Assembly (NCBI GenBank): GCA_035644835.1
Contig: DASQNR010000014.1
Span: forward strand, 5,222 to 69,221
Direction of reading: 5' to 3'
DNA length: 64,000 nt
Source: Allosphingosinicella sp.
Lineage (GTDB): Bacteria; Pseudomonadota; Alphaproteobacteria; Sphingomonadales; Sphingomonadaceae
The translations under genes were made by a program, and so were the position numbers. Below the pieces are notes generated by a model that did not search any database, had not been told where the DNA came from, and saw only the letters and a list, made by a program, of their open reading frames with translations. Shown here one piece after another: positions 57,217 to 64,000 of this stretch (its first letter is position 1; the number at the start of each line of letters is the position of its first letter).

Positions 57217-58683
57217 ATGACTGTAGAAAAGGCCGCGCGGGCGGGTGCGTGGAGCGCGCTCGACATCCTGCTGCGTCAAGGCGTCCAGTTCGTCGTCACG
57301 GTCATCCTTGCCCGGTTGCTTACGCCCGAGGATTTCGGGCTGATCGCGCTGCTCGCCTTCTTCACCAGCCTTTCGATCACCTTTGTGCAGGGGGGCCTGT
57401 CGATGGCCCTGGTGCAGCGCCAGGATACCTCCCACGAGGAGGAGAGCGCGGTTTTTTGGTGCAATCTCGCGGCAAGCATCGTCTTCGCCGCCATCCTGGT
57501 GGTCATCGCGCCCGTTGTGGCGCCTTTCTACGGGGAGCCTTTGCTGCAGCCGTTGATGTTCGTAGCGGCCGCACAGGTGGTTCTTTCGGCTCTGGGAGCG
57601 GTGCAGACCGCGCTTTTGACCAGAACGCTGCGCTTCGATCAGCTCACCAAGACTGGAATTGTGTCGTCGCTCGCGTCCGGCGTGGCCGGCGTCGCAGCTG
57701 CGATGGCGGGCCTTGGCGTTTGGGCGTTGGCGATCCAGATGCTCGTGCTTGCGGCCGTGGGCAGCGCAATGCTTTGGTGGGTCAGCAACTGGCGGCCGGC
57801 AGTTCGCGTGCGGCTATCATCGGTTCGGCACCTCTTCCATTTTGGCGTCTTCGTCAGCCTCTCAAGCGTCCTGGAGGTTCTTTATCAAAATGGCTTCGCG
57901 CTCATTATCGGTAAATTCTACGGCGTCCGAGATCTCGGCCTGTTCAATCGCGCCGCGAATCTGCAGGGGCTTCCCACCAGCATCATTTCATCCATAATCA
58001 GCCGGATCGCTTTGCCATTGTTCGCGGCCCGTGCCGACGATCCTGAGGCGCTGCGCCGTGGCTTCAGGATGTCACTGAGCTTGGGGATGATCTTGAGCAT
58101 GCCGGTGATGGCTGGATTGGCGTTGCTTCCCGATTTGATCATCTTGACTCTGTTCGGTGCGCAATGGCTGCCGGCTGCCCCGCTCGTCACGATCATCGCT
58201 ATCGGCGGCATGCTTATGCCGATGCACGCGATCAACATCCAGATCGTACTGGCGCAAGGGAAATCCAGGCTCTTCCTCAAACTGGAAATTCAGAAGAAGG
58301 TGGCCGGGGTGGCATGCCTGGCAGTCGGCAGCTTTTTCGGTATCGAGGGGATCGCATATGGAGTGTTGGTCTTCAGCCCCATCGCCCTATTCCTGAACGC
58401 ACGGCCGAACCGCGAATCGATTAACTACGGCGCGCTGCAGCAAATCTGGGGCCTTTGGGATGTCATAGCAGCGACGGTGTTCATGAGCTTGGGCGTCTAC
58501 CTGATACAAAGATGGATTGAATTCTCCCCCTTGGTAGAACTCGGACTGTTGAGCCTGAGCGGCGCAATCTTGTACCTCGGTTTCGGTTTCCTCCTGCGCC
58601 TCCAGAGTTTTGCAGACGCACGCGAGATAGTGAAGAATCTGCTGCGGCGAGTACCCGCGGCAAGGCTTTCGGGAGAGGCCTGA
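57217..58683 (+). CDS. wzx: Polysaccharide flippase
   Basis: ILARLLTPEDFGL, IIGKFYG..LGLF, LFGAQW; about 12-14 TM segments. Confidence 0.92.
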   Translation: MTVEKAARAGAWSALDILLRQGVQFVVTVILARLLTPEDFGLIALLAFFTSLSITFVQGGLSMALVQRQDTSHEEESAVFWCNLAASIVFAAILVVIAPVVAPFYGEPLLQPLMFVAAAQVVLSALGAVQTALLTRTLRFDQLTKTGIVSSLASGVAGVAAAMAGLGVWALAIQMLVLAAVGSAMLWWVSNWRPAVRVRLSSVRHLFHFGVFVSLSSVLEVLYQNGFALIIGKFYGVRDLGLFNRAANLQGLPTSIISSIISRIALPLFAARADDPEALRRGFRMSLSLGMILSMPVMAGLALLPDLIILTLFGAQWLPAAPLVTIIAIGGMLMPMHAINIQIVLAQGKSRLFLKLEIQKKVAGVACLAVGSFFGIEGIAYGVLVFSPIALFLNARPNRESINYGALQQIWGLWDVIAATVFMSLGVYLIQRWIEFSPLVELGLLSLSGAILYLGFGFLLRLQSFADAREIVKNLLRRVPAARLSGEA

Positions 58684-58756
58684 GCCGCACAGTGCAGTGT
58701 CGGCAAATGTTGCCGATCAGGGAGAGAGCGCGGTGCCATACTCCACCGCAACCCCC

Positions 58757-59902
58757 TCAGAATGCCCGAAGGAGGATGCGCAGTGCGATGATGGTTCCGG
58801 GGCGCTCCTTGACGGAGCGCACCTGGAGTAGATTTTCGAACTCCCTGTCACCAAGCTCAGCGCCCCAATCCCGCCGGAAATGCCCTCGGTGCCAAGCAAG
58901 GATGAGAGGCGAAAGCCGCAGCCACCAATGAGGCACGTCACCCTTGGCGAGCGCCTTTTGAAGCGCGTAACCCATCTGCAGGGCCGACCTTACGGTTTCC
59001 GGCTTCGCGGTCTCATTCTCGGCCTTTCGCATGCTGGCAGCGAAGGCGCGGTGCTGGCGCAGGTGGTGGCGCTTCGCGAAACGCGTGAAAAACCAGTAAT
59101 CGGAGGAAGGAAACTCCTCCGGGTAGAAGCCGCCCACAGCGAGCGCTTTGTCTCGGCGGAAGAGGAAGCCCGCGCAATTCCCTATCACCGCCCCCCAAAA
59201 CAGGGTCTTGGGTCTCACCCGTCTCGAAAGCCGCCCCAGATACATGTACTCGAAGGTGAACCGGTCAACCGCGCGATTCAGGAACTCTCTGCGCGAAGCT
59301 TGTTTGCCGGCCAGCAACCGTAATGCAGAGGCGATGTTGATGCCTCGCTTCAGATGCTGCGCGGCCCCTTTCGCCACAACCTGGGTCGTTGAGCCTGCCC
59401 GCTGATCAAAGATGCGCTTGTGGCATATCATCCCATCGGCTTGCGGGTGCCGCTCGATCTCGGCGAACATCAGGGTCAGGAAGTTTGGATCGAGCAGGTC
59501 GTCGTCGTTGAGGATGCTCACCCACTCGCCGCGTGCAAGCTCGATCGCCCGGTTGTGGTTCGGAAAGAGACCGATGTTCTCACGATTTACGAAATAACGA
59601 AAGTTGCTGTCGCGCAGCTTCGGCAGACGCTGAACCAGGTTTTCGGCGCCTTTCGAGTCTGGATCGTTATCGACCACCACCAGCTCGAACGGTCGGTCCC
59701 AGTCTAGCGCCAATACGCTCTCCACAGCCTCATTTATGAGATCCTGGCGGCGGAAAGTGGTTATGGCGATGGAGACAAGCGGCGGCGTACGATCGGCACC
59801 TTCGAAAACCAGGTCGGACGGGACGTGGGCGAAGTCCGCGAACGTGTCACGATAAGCGAGGCCGGTTCGTGCCTGCGATGCGACTCTTTCTTGAGCGTTC
59901 AT
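58757..59902 (-). CDS. Glycosyltransferase family 2
   Basis: VSIAITTFRR, VVDND, NIGLFPNHN, LNDDD. Confidence 0.88.
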   Translation of the reverse strand: MNAQERVASQARTGLAYRDTFADFAHVPSDLVFEGADRTPPLVSIAITTFRRQDLINEAVESVLALDWDRPFELVVVDNDPDSKGAENLVQRLPKLRDSNFRYFVNRENIGLFPNHNRAIELARGEWVSILNDDDLLDPNFLTLMFAEIERHPQADGMICHKRIFDQRAGSTTQVVAKGAAQHLKRGINIASALRLLAGKQASRREFLNRAVDRFTFEYMYLGRLSRRVRPKTLFWGAVIGNCAGFLFRRDKALAVGGFYPEEFPSSDYWFFTRFAKRHHLRQHRAFAASMRKAENETAKPETVRSALQMGYALQKALAKGDVPHWWLRLSPLILAWHRGHFRRDWGAELGDREFENLLQVRSVKERPGTIIALRILLRAF

Positions 59903-59937
59903 TCGATGTACCTTGTAGCAATTTCAGCGGCCGTTGG

Positions 59938-61230
59938 TCAGGTTCGCTCGAACGCGGCGCGGCCTGCGGCGATGCCGCTCATCAGAGCCTGATTGCTCCA
60001 CAAATAGCCCCATTCACCGAATCTGCCTGCGCAATGGATCGCGCGTCCCTCCACCCAGGCGCGCACCCGATCGCGGCGATCCTCCATTCCGACATCAAAC
60101 ACGACATTGCCATAAGTGACATGCCGGTGATCAAGGACGACAATATCTGCGGCGGTCGCCAGCCCCATCTTTTCCAGCCCCTGGACGGTGTTGGCCTTGA
60201 GCTCTTCGGCCGACATTCGCTGCGGGTTCTTGACCGACGAGTAGATTTCGAACTGGATCGAGCTACAGCCAGGGGGCGCGTTGTCGGGCGACTTCCAGTC
60301 CGGCGAATAGCCGCGCGCGGCCGCTATGTCCCGGTCGTAGATGTAGAACCAAAGGGCAGGAGAGACGCCGGGCCGGTTGAAGCCCACGGATATGAGATCG
60401 ATTTCGGTCGCGTAGAGGCTTGCTGCGGCCAGAGCGACGTCCTCCGGTGCATCCGGCATGAGCGTTACGAGCAGCGGCAACGGCAGTGACGAGACCAGCT
60501 TGCCATAGCCGATCTGGCTGCCGTCTTCGAACCTGATCGTGCGGGTCGAGGGGTCGATCGCCACCGCTCGTTTGTTGTAACGGATGTCGGCGGCCTTGAT
60601 CAGCGGCTCGATAAAGGCGCGGTAGCCACCAACGGCGGGATAGCGCATCTCCTTGACATAATAATGGTTGGGGGTTTCGCGTTTAAACGCGCCGGAGAGC
60701 ACCTCGCGAAGGTCGGCACGGCGCATCCGCTGGCCGACCCAGTCGGTCCCGAGCTCCGACGCGGGAACGGTCCAGTATTTCTCGGTGTAGACGAGCGGCC
60801 AGCGCTGGGCGATCGGCGCACCATATTGCAGGATCAGCCAATCTTCATAATTGGCGATGTCTCCGCCGCCCGGGCTCTCCGCCAGTCCCGCGATCAGTTC
60901 CACCTTCTCCTGCGACGGCAGCGGGAACATGTTGGTCTGCGCAGGGTGCTTCAACCAGTGACCCGAGTCCCAGCACAAGGCTTCCGGATTGTGCGTGAGA
61001 TACTCGGTCTGGTCGAAGACCTCGCGCACTTCGGGCTCGCTGGCGAACGACAGGTGGACAGCAGTGTCGAAACGGAAGCCGTCAATGGTGAAGTTGTCGA
61101 GCAAACCTCCGGCGCTTGACCGTGCTTCGAAGATCGTCGCGGCCGTCCCCATTCGCCGCGCCTGATGCGCCGCGCCGAGCCCGGCGATCCCGCCGCCGAG
61201 GATCACATGTTCGATATATTCCGGCTTCAT
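59938..61230 (-). CDS. Flavoprotein of the UGM/protoporphyrinogen-oxidase-like family; candidate pyranose-furanose mutase
   Basis: ILGGGIAG, EAR..AGG, FDTAVH, YP..GGY, GRFGEWGY; ATGA overlap with the upstream reductase. Confidence 0.7.
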   Translation of the reverse strand: MKPEYIEHVILGGGIAGLGAAHQARRMGTAATIFEARSSAGGLLDNFTIDGFRFDTAVHLSFASEPEVREVFDQTEYLTHNPEALCWDSGHWLKHPAQTNMFPLPSQEKVELIAGLAESPGGGDIANYEDWLILQYGAPIAQRWPLVYTEKYWTVPASELGTDWVGQRMRRADLREVLSGAFKRETPNHYYVKEMRYPAVGGYRAFIEPLIKAADIRYNKRAVAIDPSTRTIRFEDGSQIGYGKLVSSLPLPLLVTLMPDAPEDVALAAASLYATEIDLISVGFNRPGVSPALWFYIYDRDIAAARGYSPDWKSPDNAPPGCSSIQFEIYSSVKNPQRMSAEELKANTVQGLEKMGLATAADIVVLDHRHVTYGNVVFDVGMEDRRDRVRAWVEGRAIHCAGRFGEWGYLWSNQALMSGIAAGRAAFERT

Positions 61231-62099
61231 GTCCGCACCTCCCGCGCCGTCCACTGCCGAGACGCGATCAGCGTCGCCACATAGCGGTCCACGGCATCTT
61301 CCCAGGTGGGCATGGCATCAAGCCCCTGTGCGCGCAGCCGCTCGTTCACCGCCGCCTCGTTCGGCGATACTGCCGCGAGACGCTTGAACGGGGTTTGCGC
61401 AGGTTCAACGGCGCACGGCAGCCGCGCGGCACGCACGATCCGCTCGACATAGTCGAACCGCCTGGCACTTCCGCCGGAGACGATGTTGACGAGGCCGTGA
61501 ATGCCGGCGGCGAGCGCCGAGAAAATCTGGCGCGCGACATCATCGACCAAGGTCGGACAACCACGCTGAAACGGGTCCGAGACTATGCGGTCCGTGCCGC
61601 TCGCTTCGACGAGGCGGTTCCAGACAAAATTCTTTGGCGCGCCCGGTTGGCCGCCGAAGAGCCAGCCCGTTCGCACGATCAAATGGTTGCAACCCGACTC
61701 GCGAACCGCCAACTCGCCTGCAAGCTTGGACCTGTGGTGGACGGTTGTCGGTTCCGCGCGGTCGATTTCAACAAAAGGGCTCGACTTCCAGGCTCCGTAG
61801 CAGCCGGTGCTCGATATGTGGACCAGCAATGCACCACCTTCGCGACACGCGTCGCCAAGCTTCCCCGGGAGCACTGCGTTTGCAGCGATCGCTTCGGCCG
61901 GGTCGCGCTCCGCGCCCTCGACATCGGTGTGCGCCGCGCAGTTGATGACCAGATTGGGCTCCGCGGCCCGAACGATCGCCTCCACGCCCTGTGCCTTGAT
62001 TTGGGCGCGGCCTGCCGTGGCGAGCCCGTTTGGCCCGTGCGCCGCCACGAATGCCGAGCCGAGCATGCCGCCCGAACCGAGGATCAGCGTCTTGCCCAC
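61227..62099 (-). CDS. RmlD-like extended SDR reductase
   Basis: GSGGMLG, NCAAHTDV, HISS, SKLAGE, RTGWLFG, PT; the YxxxK position reads HHRSK. Confidence 0.85.
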   Translation of the reverse strand: MGKTLILGSGGMLGSAFVAAHGPNGLATAGRAQIKAQGVEAIVRAAEPNLVINCAAHTDVEGAERDPAEAIAANAVLPGKLGDACREGGALLVHISSTGCYGAWKSSPFVEIDRAEPTTVHHRSKLAGELAVRESGCNHLIVRTGWLFGGQPGAPKNFVWNRLVEASGTDRIVSDPFQRGCPTLVDDVARQIFSALAAGIHGLVNIVSGGSARRFDYVERIVRAARLPCAVEPAQTPFKRLAAVSPNEAAVNERLRAQGLDAMPTWEDAVDRYVATLIASRQWTAREVRT

Positions 62100-62100
62100 C

Positions 62101-62550
62101 TCAGTCGCTCCAACTCCAGGCGATTGCGTCGAGCGGCTTGTTGTCGGCCTCGGCCGGATCGTGCGGAATGCTCGCGAGGTTCAGCACGAGGTTAAGCCCG
62201 GGTCCGGTGCCGGTAAAAGCCATCCACACCCCGGGCGGAACCGTCAGGCGCACATAGCTGTCCGCCGAGTCCGGCGACAGATCGACGGCAAGAAACGTCT
62301 CCGGCATATTTGGCCTGTCATCGAAGAGGACGAAGCGCACTGCGCCCGCTGGGACCACGAGGTTCATGAGCATCGTCCGGTGCCGCTTCCAACCCTTGAT
62401 GGCGCCGCTGTCGACCGTCGAAAAATATGCTTCGCCGAAGCCGGCAAATTCGGAGTCGCTCGACTTTAGGGCGTGAAGAACGTCGCCGCCGGAGGTCGCG
62501 ATCCGTCGCAGCGGCGTGATCCGAACCCCTGCTATCGATGCCTCACTCAC
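62101..62550 (-). CDS. RmlC-like cupin epimerase
   Basis: FGEAYFS, IKGWKRH, VPPGVW; GTG 62550 overlaps the rfbG stop. Confidence 0.82.
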   Translation of the reverse strand: MSEASIAGVRITPLRRIATSGGDVLHALKSSDSEFAGFGEAYFSTVDSGAIKGWKRHRTMLMNLVVPAGAVRFVLFDDRPNMPETFLAVDLSPDSADSYVRLTVPPGVWMAFTGTGPGLNLVLNLASIPHDPAEADNKPLDAIAWSWSD

Positions 62551-63652
62551 CCGACCATACCCGGCGCCGTTCCGTGGCCAGCCGTTCATAGGCACGCACC
62601 TGTTCGGCCGTGACTGCGAACGCATCCTCCTGCTCGCGCAGAACCCGGCGATACCAGCCGCCGGTCAGCGCGATACACTCCTCGTAGTTGAGCGTCGGCT
62701 GCCAGCGCAGGTCCATCAGCGCCTTGTCGCAGCTGAGCTTCAGAAGCCCCGCCTCGTGAAATGGGATATCGGCGGTGATGCGATAGCCGCTTTCGCTGTC
62801 CTGGGAGCCCCACTCCTTGGCCAGATCGCCGATCAGCTCCACAACCGTGCGGTTCTGCTCTGCCGCGGGGCCGAAATTATAGCTCTCGCCGTGCAGGTCG
62901 CCGCTGCCCAGCAGTTTCGCGCCCAAAGCAAGATAGCCGCTCAACGGTTCAAGCACATGCTGCCAGGGGCGGGTGGCGCGCGGGCTGCGTATCTCGACCG
63001 AACGACCATCCATCCACGAGGTCACGCAATCGACCACGATTCGGTCGGCCGCCCAGTCACCTCCGCCCACAACGTTGCCCGCGCGCGCGGTCGCGAGCCG
63101 CACCGGCGAATCCGCCTTGCTGAAGAAGGAATGGAGATAAGCGTGAAAGACCAGCTCGGCCGCGCCCTTCGATGCGCTGTAGACGTCCTTGCCGCCCAAC
63201 CGGTCGGTCTCGCGATAGCCCCACGGCCACTCGACATTCTCATAGCATTTGTCGCTGGTGATGATCACGCCGACGCAGGGCCAGTCGACCTGGCGCATCG
63301 CCTCCAGCACGGTAGCCGTCCCCATCACGTTGGTCGATATCGTGTCGAGCGGATTGCGGTAGGAGGTGGACACGATCGCCTGCGCGGCGAGGTGAAAGAC
63401 CGCGTCGGGCCGGAAGCTGCTGAGGACTTGGGCGAAGCGGTCGAGGTCACGGACATCGCCCAGCTGATGATCGATGCGGTCGCCAAGGTTGCCGAGTTCG
63501 AACAGCGAGGGACTGGTAGGCACGGTGTCCGAGTAGCCGCAGACCTGCGCGCCAAGATCAAGCAGCCAGCTCGTCAGCCAGCTTCCCTTGAAGCCGGTAT
63601 GGCCGGTTACGAGGATACGACGCCCCGCGAATGCATCGGAGAAAAATGCCAT
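62543..63652 (-). CDS. rfbG: CDP-glucose 4,6-dehydratase
   Basis: TGHTGFKGSWL, HLAAQAIV, TSDKCY, YSASK, RAGNVVGGGDW, RPWQHVLEPLSGY. Confidence 0.95.
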   Translation of the reverse strand: MAFFSDAFAGRRILVTGHTGFKGSWLTSWLLDLGAQVCGYSDTVPTSPSLFELGNLGDRIDHQLGDVRDLDRFAQVLSSFRPDAVFHLAAQAIVSTSYRNPLDTISTNVMGTATVLEAMRQVDWPCVGVIITSDKCYENVEWPWGYRETDRLGGKDVYSASKGAAELVFHAYLHSFFSKADSPVRLATARAGNVVGGGDWAADRIVVDCVTSWMDGRSVEIRSPRATRPWQHVLEPLSGYLALGAKLLGSGDLHGESYNFGPAAEQNRTVVELIGDLAKEWGSQDSESGYRITADIPFHEAGLLKLSCDKALMDLRWQPTLNYEECIALTGGWYRRVLREQEDAFAVTAEQVRAYERLATERRRVWSGE

Positions 63653-63760
63653 TAACTCACAGCTTTCGAATGTTCGCACGGGTGACGCCGCGGCAATCAC
63701 GCAAGTCGGTCCGCATCACCTGACGCATGGCCGATTGTCAACCGAGGATGGGATCAGCGC

Positions 63761-64000
63761 CTAGGAGCTCCAGACCCGCCAAGGCGCATCTCCGCCGTTC
63801 CAGAGGCTCTCGAGGTGGATCTTGTCGCGTAGCGTATCCATCGGCAGCCAGAAGCCGCGGTGCTGGTGGGCGAACAACTCGCCCTCCGAAGCCAGGTTGC
63901 GGAGCGGCTCCTGTTCCCAGATGGTCATGTCGTCCTCGATGTAATCGAGCACTTTGGGGGACAGCACGAAAAAGCCCGCATTGATCGATCCGCCGTCGCC
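63761..64000 (-). CDS. rfbF: Glucose-1-phosphate cytidylyltransferase, C-terminal part
   Basis: INAGFFVLSP, WEQEPL, H.GFW.PMDTLRDK, APWRVW. Confidence 0.93.
   Translation of the reverse strand, partial: GDGGSINAGFFVLSPKVLDYIEDDMTIWEQEPLRNLASEGELFAHQHRGFWLPMDTLRDKIHLESLWNGGDAPWRVWSS

Noticed and set aside
56950-57435. Upstream extension of the acyltransferase ORF and small ORF 56733-57044
   Set aside because: They overlap wzx or the divergent promoter gap and show no recognisable motifs.

Overview
High-GC bacterial chromosomal segment. Gene content and repeat style suggest a sphingomonad-type alphaproteobacterium (inference). 1-32.6 kb is mostly core genome: hisS-prfA-prmC-DUF4167, ppa, an amidase, an ispG-led minus-strand run (CDF-like transporter, aspartyl protease, EamA, SMR), an RTX repeat protein, iaaA, an S1/P1 nuclease, ybgC-tolQRAB-pal, a sphingomyelinase-like EEP gene coupled to a type III PKS/methyltransferase/flavoprotein trio, tamAB and an FAD oxidoreductase. 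32.7-64 kb is a large Wzx/Wzy-type surface polysaccharide locus that runs off the right end. It holds wza, wzc, a Wzy_C/WaaL-like gene, an EpsG-like polymerase, wzx, five glycosyltransferases, asnB-like amidotransferase, rmlAB and an rfbFG-linked CDP-sugar block. Best candidate for an undescribed system: a translationally coupled YvcK/CofD-like + HAD + GT2 + stand-alone nucleotidyltransferase module inside the polysaccharide locus. Other highlights: a possible CDP-6-deoxy-furanose route whose RmlD-like reductase has His in place of the catalytic Tyr; an AKR/2OG-Fe(II) dioxygenase/acyltransferase trio; and REP-like palindromes that are translated into HisS and PrmC, two of which (from different families) carry a nested hairpin with the same GTCC-CCC-GGAC apex. 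No tRNA, rRNA, CRISPR array or transposase was recognised. All calls come from reading motifs by eye; no searches were run.
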